DNA of 64,000 bases from the NCBI GenBank assembly GCA_035720425.1, contig DASTOB010000210.1, positions 2,638 to 66,637 of the forward strand, given 5' to 3'. Position numbers and translations under genes: made by a program. The notes beneath the pieces were generated by a model. It was not told the origin of the DNA, searched no databases, and saw only the letters and a program-made list of their open reading frames with translations. Below are positions 9,601 to 19,951 of this stretch, piece after piece; position 1 is the stretch's first letter; every line of letters begins with the position of its first letter. The DNA is from Candidatus Limnocylindrales bacterium. Its GTDB lineage: Bacteria > Chloroflexota > Limnocylindria > Limnocylindrales > CSP1-4.

Positions 9601-11261
9601 TCGAGCGCGACGTGGGTCCCGCCCCCGGGCCAGCGCCGCACGTCGAGGATCGCCCCGATCTGCTCCGCACGCTGGGCCATGTTGAGGAGGCCGAACCGGC
9701 CGGCCTTTTCGGCTGCGTCGCCGGCGCCCTCCGGAATCCCGGGCCCGGCGTCGTCGATCGACAGCGAGGCGCCGTGGTCGGTCGCGTGATAGCGGACGAC
9801 GATCGGCGGCCGACCGTGCTTCACCGCGTTCGACAGCGCTTCCTGGGCGACGCGGAAGAAGGCGAGCTCGACGTCGGCCGGCGGACGCGTCCCGTCTGAG
9901 CGCTCGAGGCGCACCTCGCCGCCGGCCAGCCGCTCAATGCGCAGCACGAGCCAGTCGAGCGCGGGCCCCACGCCGAGGTCGTCGAGGATCGGCAGCCGCA
10001 GGTCGCCGCAGATCGCACGGAGCCGGTCCGACACCGTCCGGGCAAGATCGGCGCCCTCCGTGTCGCCTGCCGCGTCGAGCCGGCGGACGAGGAGCGTCAG
10101 CTCCTGGAGCGCGTCGTCGTGGATGTCGGCCGCCACCCGCGCCCGCTCCGCCTCCGTGGCCGCGACGACGAGGTCGCGCTGGAGCTGCGCGCGGGTCGCA
10201 AGTCGGGCGAGCGGGCGGATCGTGAACCGCCCGGCGACGAAGATCGCACCGAGCCACAGCGCGAGCGGGAAGATCCACGGCTCCCCGTCGGTCGCGAACG
10301 CAACCATTGGCGTGGCGCCGGCGACGGCGAACTCCGCCGACTCGAGGAGGCGCCCGCTCGACGAGCCGGGGTTCGTGCCCACGGTCAGCGGTCCGGCGGC
10401 GGCGAGTCCGGGGAGGAGCGGGACGGCCCCGGCGAGAATCCAGCGCACGGCGCCCGAGGCATCCGGCGACGCGAAACCGATCGGCATGAACCCCAGCACG
10501 GCCGCGGCCAGCGCGAACCCGACGACCGCCAGGCCGATGAGGCGCCGGTCGTACTCCTCGCGAATGAGCGAGATGAGCCCGTGCGCGAGCGGCAGCATCG
10601 CCGAGATCGAGAGCACGCCGGCGAGGCCGATCGCCGGCACCCACCACGTCGCCTCGAGCGGCTGGACGATGAGCGGCGCGGCGACGGCGACGGCCGCTGG
10701 GATCGCGAGCGGCCGGAGCGAGGCGCCGGCGCGACCGCTCGCGAGCAGCCAGCCTCCTGCCCCGAGGATGAGCACACCGAGCGCGAGCGGCACGCTCGAC
10801 GTGCCGTCGAAATAGTGGCTGTACCAGTAGCCGTTGACCGCGTAGCCGGTCTCGACGCTGCCGGCCTCGATGTCCCACGGCTGGATCAGACCGATCAAGG
10901 CGATCGGCTGGTGGATGAGCTCGTTGAGCGCGAAGTCGTCGATCGAAATCGGGGTCGGTTCCGCCGGCTCGATGCCGATCGGCTGCGGCTCCTCGTCTGG
11001 GTTCGGCCACTCGCTCGGGTATACGTACTGCGGCAGCGCGAGGAGCTGCGTCCCGTTCAGGTCGACGACGACCATCCCGGCCTGGACGCCATCCCGCGCG
11101 GCGAGGCTGCCCTCGGTGACGTGGGTCACGACGACGCGATCGCCGGCCTGCGCGAGGTAGATCCCGACGTCGACCCGTCCAACCGCGAGCGCGACAAGGC
11201 TCGCCACGATGCACAGGCCCGCGACGAGGAGCGCGAGGCGATCGCGGAGCTCGGTCGTCAT
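9585..11261 (-). CDS. sensor histidine kinase with large extracytoplasmic sensor domain (HisKA_3 type)
   Basis: H-box DIHDDALQELT (HisKA_3) and a C-terminal HATPase. It overlaps the downstream response regulator. The ORF extends to 11690 but I chose start ATG 11261 (MTTELRDRLALLVAG..., signal/TM-like); the longer start is possible. Confidence 0.75.
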   Translation of the reverse strand: MTTELRDRLALLVAGLCIVASLVALAVGRVDVGIYLAQAGDRVVVTHVTEGSLAARDGVQAGMVVVDLNGTQLLALPQYVYPSEWPNPDEEPQPIGIEPAEPTPISIDDFALNELIHQPIALIGLIQPWDIEAGSVETGYAVNGYWYSHYFDGTSSVPLALGVLILGAGGWLLASGRAGASLRPLAIPAAVAVAAPLIVQPLEATWWVPAIGLAGVLSISAMLPLAHGLISLIREEYDRRLIGLAVVGFALAAAVLGFMPIGFASPDASGAVRWILAGAVPLLPGLAAAGPLTVGTNPGSSSGRLLESAEFAVAGATPMVAFATDGEPWIFPLALWLGAIFVAGRFTIRPLARLATRAQLQRDLVVAATEAERARVAADIHDDALQELTLLVRRLDAAGDTEGADLARTVSDRLRAICGDLRLPILDDLGVGPALDWLVLRIERLAGGEVRLERSDGTRPPADVELAFFRVAQEALSNAVKHGRPPIVVRYHATDHGASLSIDDAGPGIPEGAGDAAEKAGRFGLLNMAQRAEQIGAILDVRRWPGGGTHVALEWRPR

Positions 11262-11390
11262 CCGGCCCGACGGTAGCAGACCGTTATCGGCCCCGACGTC
11301 CGGGAAATCCCGCAACGCCGCTCCGTTGGTCCAGGGGTGCTCACGCGACGCGCGGACGGCGAGGATGGCCCCGAAGACCGACGGAGGGAT

Positions 11391-12254
11391 GGGATGGATT
11401 TCGGGTTCGAGGCGAACGGCCTGGGCAAGCGATACCGGCGTCGCTGGGCACTCCGCGAGGTGGACGTCGCGGTGCCACAGGGCAGCATCACGGCGCTCGT
11501 CGGGCCGAACGGCGCCGGCAAGTCGACGATGATCAAGGCCGGAGTCGGCTTCGAACGCCCGACCACCGGCCGCGTCCTCGTCCACGGCGTCGATCCGTGG
11601 CGAGACCGCGCCCGGGCGATCGCCCAGGTCGGCTATGTGCCGCAGGCACCGTCGCTCTATCGCGAGCTGACCGTCGCCGACCACGTCCACCTGGCGGTCA
11701 CGCTTCGCCCGGGATTCGATCCCGTGCTCGCGCGAGCACGCCTCGATCAGCTCTCGATCCCGCTCGATTCGCGCGCCGACGAGCTGTCCGGCGGGCAGCA
11801 GGCGCAGGTGGGCCTGGCGCTCGCGCTGGGGGCGCGGGCGCCGGTCCTCCTCCTCGACGAGCCGCTCGCGTCACTCGATCCCCTCGCCCGGCGCGAGTTC
11901 CTCCACGTCCTCGTCGACGCCGTCCGCGCCGCCGGAGCGACGGCGCTCCTGTCGTCTCACGTCATCACCGACATCGAGCAGGCCTGCGACCGGCTGCTCG
12001 TCCTCGGCGGCGGCCGGAAGCTGCTCGACCTGTCGATCGCCGAGTCGCTTGCGGCGCACCGCATCGTCGACATGGCGTCGGCGGCGGACGACGTGGTCGG
12101 CACGTTCATGGATGCGACCGGCGAGTCCGTGTCCCTCGTCCGTTCCCGGGCCGCCGCACCGGCACACGGCCGACCGGCCACGCTCGAGGAGGTCGTGCTG
12201 GGCCATCTCGCGGCGGGACGGGATCGGCCGGCCGTCCGGCCGGTGGCCGCCTGA
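11391..12254 (+). CDS. ABC transporter ATP-binding protein
   Basis: Walker A GPNGAGKST, signature LSGGQQ, Walker B LLLDEP. Start chosen at ATG 11391 (MDFGFEANGL). Confidence 0.85.
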   Translation, partial: GMDFGFEANGLGKRYRRRWALREVDVAVPQGSITALVGPNGAGKSTMIKAGVGFERPTTGRVLVHGVDPWRDRARAIAQVGYVPQAPSLYRELTVADHVHLAVTLRPGFDPVLARARLDQLSIPLDSRADELSGGQQAQVGLALALGARAPVLLLDEPLASLDPLARREFLHVLVDAVRAAGATALLSSHVITDIEQACDRLLVLGGGRKLLDLSIAESLAAHRIVDMASAADDVVGTFMDATGESVSLVRSRAAAPAHGRPATLEEVVLGHLAAGRDRPAVRPVAA

Positions 12255-13234
12255 TGGTCGCCGCCGCGAGCACCGCGTCGCGCATCCTCGGCGCGAGCCG
12301 CATCACCGCCCGACTCCACCGCTTCGAGCTCATCGGCTTCGCCGGGCTGGCTGTGCTCGGCGTCCTCGCCACGATCGTCATCGCCGCCCAGCTCGACGCC
12401 GTCGGCTGGACCGCGGCCTGCGACGAGGCCATGCGCCGCGGCGCCGTGACTCCGCGCGACTGCGAGTTCAAGGTCAACGAGTTCTACGGCATCGTGTCGA
12501 GCCGCGGCTGGATCGTGTCCGGCCTCACCGGCTTCGTTCCGCTCGCGGCGGCGCTGCTCATCGGGGTCGCGGTCGTCGGCCGCGAGATCGAGCGCGGCAC
12601 GACGCGGCTTGCCTGGGCCCTCACGCCATCACGGCTGCGCTGGCTCGCCCAGCGCCTCGTGCCGGTGCTCCTGTTCGTGGCCGTCATCGGGCTCGTCCTC
12701 GGCGCCGCCGCGGATCGCTGGATCGCGGCGGCGGAACCCGGAATCGACCCCGCCAACGCGTTCGCGGGATTCGGGACCCGGGGTCCCGTCCTCGCCGCTC
12801 GTGCGCTGTTCGTCCTCGCGCTGGCGGTCGCGGTCGGAGCGGCACTCGGCCGTGCCCTGCCTGCGGTCATGGTCGGCGGCGCCATCGCGATCATGGGGAT
12901 CGTCGGGGGCTCCGAGGTCCACCAGCGGATCCTTCGCTCAGAGGCCGTGGTCATCGACGAGGCGGCCTTCGAGCCGGGCGACCTGTGGATCGACCAGCGA
13001 TTCCGGCTCGCCGACGGGACGCTCATCGGTTGGGACGACGTCGAACGCTACGACCCGCCGCCAGCCGAGTTCGACGACGAAACGGTCTGGCCGACCCTGC
13101 CGATGGTGACGATCGGGGTCCCCGGCTCGCGCTACGGCGAGGTGGCCGTGCGCGAGATCGCGGCGCTCGGCGGCGGCATGGTCGTCCTGCTCGGCCTGAC
13201 CGCGGCGATCGTCACGCGGCGGCGCCCCGGATAG
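12254..13234 (+). CDS. ABC-2 type transporter permease
   Basis: ATGA overlap with the ATPase stop. Polytopic hydrophobic protein. Confidence 0.65.
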   Translation: MVAAASTASRILGASRITARLHRFELIGFAGLAVLGVLATIVIAAQLDAVGWTAACDEAMRRGAVTPRDCEFKVNEFYGIVSSRGWIVSGLTGFVPLAAALLIGVAVVGREIERGTTRLAWALTPSRLRWLAQRLVPVLLFVAVIGLVLGAAADRWIAAAEPGIDPANAFAGFGTRGPVLAARALFVLALAVAVGAALGRALPAVMVGGAIAIMGIVGGSEVHQRILRSEAVVIDEAAFEPGDLWIDQRFRLADGTLIGWDDVERYDPPPAEFDDETVWPTLPMVTIGVPGSRYGEVAVREIAALGGGMVVLLGLTAAIVTRRRPG

Positions 13235-13275
13235 CCCCGATCCGGCACGACGCGCGATGATATGGCCACGCACTG

Positions 13276-14196
13276 ATGGCCAACCAACGCGTGACTGCAC
13301 TCGACACCGCGCCCTCGACCGCGCGCCGCTGGGCGGATGGCGCGGCACGCCGACTCGCTCGGCTGCCGCCGCTCCGCGCCCTCAAGTCGCGCCCGATCGT
13401 TGGGCTCGCGGCCGCGCTCGGCGCATGGGCGGTCGTCGTCGCCTTCTCGGAGCCGTGGGGTCGGCTGTGGGGCACCGGCCAGGACGCCCGCTGCTACTGG
13501 CAGGCCAGCCTCGCCAACCCGTACCTCCACTCCGAGTGGAACGACCCGATCGCGTACGTCTACTCGCCGGCCTTCCTCCAGCTCGTGAGCCCGCTCACCG
13601 CGCTTCCGTGGCAGCTGTTCATGGCGGCCTGGACGGCGATCCTCATCGGCTCGGCGGCGTTCCTGACCGGGCCGCGCCTGCTCGCCGCCGGCCTCCTCTT
13701 CCCGTTCACGGCCATGGAGATCGCGGGCGGCAACGTCTCCCTGCCGATCGCGGTCGCGATCGTGCTCGGGTTCCGCTGGCCGGCGACATGGGCGCTCATC
13801 CTGCTCACGAAGATCACGCCCGGCATCGCCCTCCTGTGGTTCGCCGTCCGGCGTGAGTGGCGCGCGCTCGCCATCGCGGCCGCCGCGACGGCGGCGATCG
13901 TCGCCCTGTCCGCGCTCGTGATGCCCGCGGCCTGGCGCGAGTGGATCGACGTGATCATCGGCAACACCGGCAAGGGCGGCACATGGGCGTCGGTGCCGAT
14001 TCCGCTGTGGATCCGCCTCCCCGCGGCGGTCGCCGTCGTCGTCTGGGGTGCCCGGACGGACCGCCCGTGGACCGTCCCGGTGAGCGCCATGCTCGCCCTC
14101 CCGGCACTGTGGTACGGCGGGATCTCGATGCTCCTCGCCGTCATCCTCCTCCGCGACGCCGATCGAGCGCGACGATGGCTGCCGCACCCGCGATGA
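13276..14196 (+). CDS. polytopic membrane protein, DUF2029/GT87-like (possible glycosyl/mannosyltransferase)
   Basis: Multiple TM segments and a conserved aromatic-rich loop. The family resemblance is from memory only. Confidence 0.45.
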   Translation: MANQRVTALDTAPSTARRWADGAARRLARLPPLRALKSRPIVGLAAALGAWAVVVAFSEPWGRLWGTGQDARCYWQASLANPYLHSEWNDPIAYVYSPAFLQLVSPLTALPWQLFMAAWTAILIGSAAFLTGPRLLAAGLLFPFTAMEIAGGNVSLPIAVAIVLGFRWPATWALILLTKITPGIALLWFAVRREWRALAIAAAATAAIVALSALVMPAAWREWIDVIIGNTGKGGTWASVPIPLWIRLPAAVAVVVWGARTDRPWTVPVSAMLALPALWYGGISMLLAVILLRDADRARRWLPHPR

Positions 14197-15376
14197 ACAC
14201 GATCGCCCCGACCACGAACGGCCCGGACACGCCGGCCACGCCGACGACGACCGCGGCGGACGCAGGTCCGACGATGCCCGCCGCGTAGAGCGGCAGGTAG
14301 ACGAGGTTGAGCGTGGCCGAACGCCGCTCCGCCGGAACCTCGGTCGCGAGGAGCCCGAAGACCATCGCCCCCACGGCCGACGCCGACGCGGCGAAGACGA
14401 GCGCCACGACGGCGAGCAGCGCGACGGACGGCGCGACCGGCATGAGCCCCAGCGCGACGCCGCCGACGACGAGCGACCCGACGAGCACGGGCCGGAACCC
14501 GATCCGATCGCCGAGCGCGCCGCCGAGCGGTGAGACGAGCGCCCCGACGAGGGCCGCCGTCCCGGCGACGAGGGCGATCCCGCTCGCGAGCCCGGGCCCG
14601 ACGCCGACCAGCCCCTCGACGAGGACCGGCACGTACGGCCGGCTCATCTGGTTCGACAGGAACGCGATCCCGTAGATCGCGAAGATGCGCCGGACCGCCG
14701 GGTCCGCGAGCACGCCGCGGACCGCGCCGTAGGCGAGCGTCAGGACCCGGCCGCTCGGGATCACCTCCGGCCGGACCTCGCGCGAGCCGAACGTCACGAG
14801 CAGCGCGGTCGCGACCGACAGGGCGGCCGACAGCCAGAAGACGGCCGACAGGGACCACCCGGCGCCGTCGATGAGGAGCCCGGCCAGGGCCGGACCGACG
14901 GCGAACCCGATCGGGCCCGAGGCGCCGAACAGGGCGATCGTCGTGCCGAGCCGGGCGCGCGGCGTCACGTCGCGGATGCCGGCCAGCATGACCCCGGTGT
15001 TCCCGAGCTGGAAGCCGATCAGGAGGATGCTCAGCGCGAGCTGCCACGGCTCGCGACTGAGCGCGACGCCGGCGAACACGACCGCCTCGACGATCGCGCT
15101 GCGGACGATGACCGCCTTTCGGCTGTACTTGTCCGCCCACACGCCCCAGAGCGGCACGAGCGGCGCGCCGACGACGAACAGGAGCGCCCCGAAGATCCCG
15201 ATGAAGGGCAGCCGATCCGCCTCCGGCACCCCCATCTCGCGCAGGTAGGACGGCAAGAGGGCGAAGATCTGGCTGACCCCGGCACCCTCGATGAGCGAGG
15301 TGATCCAGAAGACCGCGACGAGGGTCCGCCAGTCCTGTCGTGGATGGGCCGTGGCGGCCGGCGCGGTCGGGGTCAT
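14141..15376 (-). CDS. MFS transporter
   Basis: 12-TM profile over 411 aa. Confidence 0.8.
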   Translation of the reverse strand: MTPTAPAATAHPRQDWRTLVAVFWITSLIEGAGVSQIFALLPSYLREMGVPEADRLPFIGIFGALLFVVGAPLVPLWGVWADKYSRKAVIVRSAIVEAVVFAGVALSREPWQLALSILLIGFQLGNTGVMLAGIRDVTPRARLGTTIALFGASGPIGFAVGPALAGLLIDGAGWSLSAVFWLSAALSVATALLVTFGSREVRPEVIPSGRVLTLAYGAVRGVLADPAVRRIFAIYGIAFLSNQMSRPYVPVLVEGLVGVGPGLASGIALVAGTAALVGALVSPLGGALGDRIGFRPVLVGSLVVGGVALGLMPVAPSVALLAVVALVFAASASAVGAMVFGLLATEVPAERRSATLNLVYLPLYAAGIVGPASAAVVVGVAGVSGPFVVGAIVFIAGAAAIVALDRRRGGG

Positions 15377-15502
15377 GCGCCGGCGAGCCTAGCCGATGCG
15401 ACGCATCCGCGCGGCGGCGTTGCGACGTACCCGACACCACGACCCGACACCAAAGAGGAGTTCGGCCCCGATCGCGCTAGACTCGGCCGACGGAGGTAGG
15501 AC

Positions 15503-16372
15503 GTGGCCCGCTGGATCAACCGACTCATCGACGCCCAGGCTCGCTGGGCGAAGCCGTTCGGCGACTTCAACCACCGCTGGCTGTCGGCCCTCTTCCGCCC
15601 GATCCGCCCGGTCAAGGAGTTCCTCCACGGTCGCTGGCTCGGCACCCACCCGCTCCACGCCGCCGCGACCGACGTTCCGGTCGGCGCGCTGACCGTCGCC
15701 GTCGTGCTCGAGATCGCGGGTCAGCCCGGCGCCGCCGGCATCGCGACGGTCATCGGCCTGCTCGGCATGGTCGCCTCGACCGTGACCGGCCTCGCCGACT
15801 ACACGGACACCGACGGATCCGCCCGCACGAAGGCGACCGTCCACGCCACGATCATGGTCCTCGGCGTCGTCGTCCTCGTCGGGTCCGTGCTCGCCCGCGC
15901 CGCCGCTCAGGCCGGGTCGCCGCTGCCCGCCGCGCTCCTCGTCGCCGGCTTCCTCGTCGTCGTGGTCGGTGCCTACGTCGGCGGCGACGTCGTGTTCGCC
16001 CTCGGCAACATGGTCGACCGTCACGCCTGGCGCAGCCGGGGCACGAAGTGGGCGCCGCTCGACCTGGGCGGCTCGACGGAGATCCCGGAGGGCGTTTTGG
16101 TCAAGGCAAAGGCGGGCCCGAATGCCCTCGTCCTCGTCCGGACCGGCTCGACCATCCTCGCGCTGCACGAGCAGTGCGCCCACGCGGGCGGCCCGCTGGC
16201 GCAGGGACGGATCGTCGACGGCTGCGTCGAGTGCCCGTGGCACGCGTCGCGCTTCCGCCTCGCGGACGGAGCTGCCGTCGCGGGGCCGACGCTCTACGAC
16301 CAGCCGGCCTATGAAGTCCGCGCGGCGGAGAGCGGCGCGGGCTACGAGGTGCGCCGCACGTTCCGCCGGTAG
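15503..16372 (+). CDS. membrane-anchored Rieske [2Fe-2S] domain protein (DUF2231-like N-terminus)
   Basis: N-terminal TM segments. C-terminal Rieske box CAHAGGPL...CPWHASRF. Confidence 0.75.
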   Translation: MARWINRLIDAQARWAKPFGDFNHRWLSALFRPIRPVKEFLHGRWLGTHPLHAAATDVPVGALTVAVVLEIAGQPGAAGIATVIGLLGMVASTVTGLADYTDTDGSARTKATVHATIMVLGVVVLVGSVLARAAAQAGSPLPAALLVAGFLVVVVGAYVGGDVVFALGNMVDRHAWRSRGTKWAPLDLGGSTEIPEGVLVKAKAGPNALVLVRTGSTILALHEQCAHAGGPLAQGRIVDGCVECPWHASRFRLADGAAVAGPTLYDQPAYEVRAAESGAGYEVRRTFRR

Positions 16373-16400
16373 CCGTCCGAGGCGTAGCCACCATTCCGGG

Positions 16401-16937
16401 ATGGACATCGTCCTCCCCGATCCGTCGGTCGTCGTGCTGATCGGACCGGCGGGCGCCGGCAAGTCGACGTTCGCGGCGCGCCACTTCGCGGCCGACGAGG
16501 TCCTGTCCTCCGATGCGTTCCGGGCCATCGTGGCCGGGAACGAGGCGGACCAGTCGGCCACCCGAGCGGCCTTTGCCGCGCTCCATCGCGCCCTCGTCCG
16601 GCGTCTGGCGGCCGGGCGGCTGACCGTCGTCGACGCCACGAACGTGGAGCGCCATGCGCGGCGCGCGATCCTCGCGCGGGCGCGCGTAGCCGGCGTTCCG
16701 GCCGTCGCGATCGTGTTCGATCTCGGTCTCGACCTCGTCCTCGCGCGCAACGCCGGGCGGCGTGAGCGGGTCGTCGAACCAACCGTGGTCGAGCGTCACC
16801 GCGCCATGCTTGCGCGGCTGCTCGCCGAGAGCGGCGGCGAGACCCTGGCGGCCGAAGGATTCGCAGCCGTTCACCGGCTCACGACGCCCGATGCCATCGA
16901 GCGCGTTCGGTTCAGCCGGCGGAACCCGCCGCGATGA
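16401..16937 (+). CDS. P-loop kinase, AAA_33 / polynucleotide-kinase-like domain protein
   Basis: Walker A GPAGAGKST at the N-terminus. About 178 aa, resembling the PNKP/zeta-toxin kinase fold. Confidence 0.6.
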   Translation: MDIVLPDPSVVVLIGPAGAGKSTFAARHFAADEVLSSDAFRAIVAGNEADQSATRAAFAALHRALVRRLAAGRLTVVDATNVERHARRAILARARVAGVPAVAIVFDLGLDLVLARNAGRRERVVEPTVVERHRAMLARLLAESGGETLAAEGFAAVHRLTTPDAIERVRFSRRNPPR

Positions 16938-17775
16938 GCACGATGGCGAGGAGCGCGCAGGCGATCCCGATCGCGTGGCTTCGGCCGAGGCGCTCCTTGA
17001 GCACCGCGGTGGCGAGGATGACCGTCGTCACCGGGTAGAGCGACGAGAGCACGGCGGCGATCGCGAGCGGACCGACCTGGGCCGCGGCGAGGAACAGGCC
17101 GTTGCCGGCCATGTCGAGCAGGCCGACGAGCGCGACCGCGGGAAGGATGCGCCGCCCGAGCCGCCACCGGCGCCGGGCCACCGCGATCGTGCACGCGATG
17201 AGCAGGATCTGGACCGCGCGGAGGATGACGAGCGGACCGAACACGAGACCGTCGGACACGCGCGACAGCGTCACGGCGAGCAGACCGAGGCCGAAACCAG
17301 CGGCGAGCGCGTACGGCAGCCCGCTGGGACGGCCGTCCGGCCCGCCATCGGCCGCGCGCGAGACGAGCACGACGGCCACGATGGCGAGTCCGATGCCGAC
17401 GGCCTGTCCGACCGCGGGCACCCCCTCGAGCGCGATCCCGACGACAACCGGCACGCTCGCCGCGAGCACGCCGGTGACCGGTGCGACGACGCCCATCCGG
17501 CCGGCCGCGAGCCCGCCGTAGAGCGACACGATCCCGATCGCCCCGAACACGCCGGAGACGGCCGACCAGACCACGTCCTCCGGACCCGGCACGGGCTCGC
17601 CGCGCGCGATCGCGACGAGCAGCGCGGCGAGGAGTCCGACGATCGGCGCCACGAGCGCGACGCCGAAGAGCGGCGAGCGCCGGCTCGTCAGCCCGCCGCC
17701 GAAGTCCGCGGCACCCCACGCGAGCGCCGCCCCGAGGCCGAGCGCGATGACCGCTCCGTCAGCTCCCTCAGGCAC
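16912..17775 (-). CDS. EamA/DMT family transporter
   Basis: 10-TM profile with Gly-rich duplicated EamA halves. Confidence 0.75.
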   Translation of the reverse strand: MPEGADGAVIALGLGAALAWGAADFGGGLTSRRSPLFGVALVAPIVGLLAALLVAIARGEPVPGPEDVVWSAVSGVFGAIGIVSLYGGLAAGRMGVVAPVTGVLAASVPVVVGIALEGVPAVGQAVGIGLAIVAVVLVSRAADGGPDGRPSGLPYALAAGFGLGLLAVTLSRVSDGLVFGPLVILRAVQILLIACTIAVARRRWRLGRRILPAVALVGLLDMAGNGLFLAAAQVGPLAIAAVLSSLYPVTTVILATAVLKERLGRSHAIGIACALLAIVLIAAGSAG

Positions 17776-19951
17776 CGTCGCCGACCGCGGCAGGAGCGCC
17801 GTCGTCGATCGCGGTCGGTGCCGGCAACTCGACGACCGCGTCCGCGGCCGCGTCGTACCGCTCCGACGTCGTGAGGTAGATGACCTGGAAGTCGCGCGCC
17901 AGGTCCCGCAGCATCTCGATCGCCGTGCCTGCGCGGGTGCCGTCGAACGTGACGAACGGATCGTCGAGCAGGAGCGGAGGACGCCGGTCGCCGGTCACGA
18001 GCCGGACGAGCCCGATACGCGCCGCGAGGTAGACGAGGTCCACGGTGCCCTGGCTCAATTGTTCGACCTCGACCCAGTCCCCCTTCTCGGGCGCGAGCAC
18101 CTCGATGCCGAGGGTCTTGTCGTCGACGCGGACCCGCCGATAGCGGCCCGCGGTGATCCGTTCGAGGTCGCCCACCATGCGCTGCTCGAGGTAGCGCGTG
18201 GCCGTCTTCATGGTTGCCTGCTCGGCGTGCTCGATCGCCCGCAGCGTCGCCTCGTAGACGCGGGCGCGGCGCTGGAGCGCCGCGAGCTGCTCGCGCCAGC
18301 CGGCGAGACGCTCCGCATGGGCGGCGACCTGCTCCGCATCGACGGCGTTCGCCTCGACCCGCGCCCGGGCGTTTGCCTCATCGTCGCGGGCTCGCTCGAC
18401 GGCACCTTCCGCGTCGCGCACCTCGACCTCGAGGCGCTCGCGTGCCCGCGGCTCCTTGGCGATGGGCCCGAGTGCCTCGAGCGCATGGGTCTTCTGCTCC
18501 ACCTCGAGCGCGGCCGCGTCGCGCAGGGCGGGCAGCGTGTCCGGCGGCTCCTTGCCGACGAGGCCGTCGAGCTGGGCCTCGAGCGTGGTGATCCGCTGGA
18601 CGTGCGCATCCTCGCGTGCGAGCAGGTCCTCGGCGGCGGCAAGGTCCTCGAGCCCGAGGGACCCGAGCTGCTGCGCCGTGTCCGCCTCCGCGCGGCGGAG
18701 CTCCTGTTCCATCTCGGATCGGCCGCGCAGGCGACGGTCGATCTCGACCTCTCGCAGCTGCGTCTGCATCCGATCCGACCGGCGCAACCAGAATGCGACG
18801 AAGGCGAGCACGAGCCCGACGCCGGCGACCGCGGCACCGGCGTACTGCGCCTCGATCGGGATCGGAAACAGGTCGAGCGTCTCGGCGACGAACGTCCCAC
18901 CGGCGACGATGACGCCAACCACGACGAGGACGATCGCCCAGCGCGACAGCGGACGCCACGTGGGCTCCGGTGGGACCTCGAACTGGACTTCGACCTCGCC
19001 TGCGAGGGCGGCCCGCAGCTCGCGGATCTGGCCGTCCAAGGCGCGCAGCCGTTCGACGACCTGGCGGACGACCGGCAGCGGGTTGGGCGACGGATGACTC
19101 GCCGCGAGTTGCGCGATCTCGTCACGTACGTCGACGGCCTGTCGGAACCGATCGAAGCGGCCCTGGGCGACGTCGCGCTCGGCGACGAGTCGCTCCGCCT
19201 GGCGGGCCTTCTCGAATAGCGAGCGCCGCTCCACGAGCGCCGTCTCCGCGTCGGCCCGGCGCTCGCGTGCCTGGGACAGCGAATCGCGGTCCCGCTCCAG
19301 TTGCGCGAGCGCCAGCTCGCCCTGTTCGACCGCCGCCGCATCTTGGGCCACCGCGTCCTCGGCGACCTTGAGGCGACCCGGGTTCTTCGCTCCGCGCGCG
19401 TTCAGGTCCGCGAGCGCCCGCTCGAGCTTCTTGCGTGCCTTCGAGGTACCGCGATCGGCGCCGCTGATCGACGCCTGGAGGCGATCGCGCAGGGCCGACT
19501 CGTCCCGGGCGAGGTCGTCGACCTCGTGGTGGCGAACCGACGCGGTCGATCGGAAGAAGGCCTCGGTCGGCACACCGGTCAGGTCGGCGACGAGCTCGTC
19601 CGCCCGCGCCGGATCGGTCACGACCTCGCCGTCGAACTCGAGCCGGACGGCACCCTTCGTGCCGCGGAACGCCTTCGACAGCCTGCCGGCGCGGATCCCG
19701 TCCTCGTCATCCTGCTCGAACTCGATCGTGATCTCCGGGCGCGATCCGTCGGCCGCGTCCCACGGGCGGAGGCCGTCGAGATCGGCCGACGCGGAGGTGA
19801 CCTTGCGGGTCAGGACGAGCTCGATCGCGCGCTGCAGGGTGGTCTTGCCGGCCTCGTTCGGGCCGCGTACGACGGTGAGGCCCGGGGCGAGCGCCAGGTC
19901 GAGGTCCCGATAGCGCCGGAAGTCCCGGAGCTGGAGCCGCCGGATCCTCAC
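17768..19951 (-). CDS. sbcC: SbcC-like DNA repair ATPase (exonuclease SbcCD ATPase subunit)
   Basis: N-terminal Walker A GPNEAGKTT after RIRRLQLRDFRRY. Long coiled-coil middle. C-terminal signature/D-loop region LLLDDPFVTFD. GTG start overlaps the sbcD stop (GTGA). 728 aa. Confidence 0.8.
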   Translation of the reverse strand: MRIRRLQLRDFRRYRDLDLALAPGLTVVRGPNEAGKTTLQRAIELVLTRKVTSASADLDGLRPWDAADGSRPEITIEFEQDDEDGIRAGRLSKAFRGTKGAVRLEFDGEVVTDPARADELVADLTGVPTEAFFRSTASVRHHEVDDLARDESALRDRLQASISGADRGTSKARKKLERALADLNARGAKNPGRLKVAEDAVAQDAAAVEQGELALAQLERDRDSLSQARERRADAETALVERRSLFEKARQAERLVAERDVAQGRFDRFRQAVDVRDEIAQLAASHPSPNPLPVVRQVVERLRALDGQIRELRAALAGEVEVQFEVPPEPTWRPLSRWAIVLVVVGVIVAGGTFVAETLDLFPIPIEAQYAGAAVAGVGLVLAFVAFWLRRSDRMQTQLREVEIDRRLRGRSEMEQELRRAEADTAQQLGSLGLEDLAAAEDLLAREDAHVQRITTLEAQLDGLVGKEPPDTLPALRDAAALEVEQKTHALEALGPIAKEPRARERLEVEVRDAEGAVERARDDEANARARVEANAVDAEQVAAHAERLAGWREQLAALQRRARVYEATLRAIEHAEQATMKTATRYLEQRMVGDLERITAGRYRRVRVDDKTLGIEVLAPEKGDWVEVEQLSQGTVDLVYLAARIGLVRLVTGDRRPPLLLDDPFVTFDGTRAGTAIEMLRDLARDFQVIYLTTSERYDAAADAVVELPAPTAIDDGAPAAVGDGA

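Noticed and set aside
11262-11690. Longer N-terminus for the histidine kinase (start 11690)
   Set aside because: It would overlap the divergent ABC ATPase gene by about 300 bp. ATG 11261 gives a typical charged-then-hydrophobic N-terminus. The longer form cannot be excluded.
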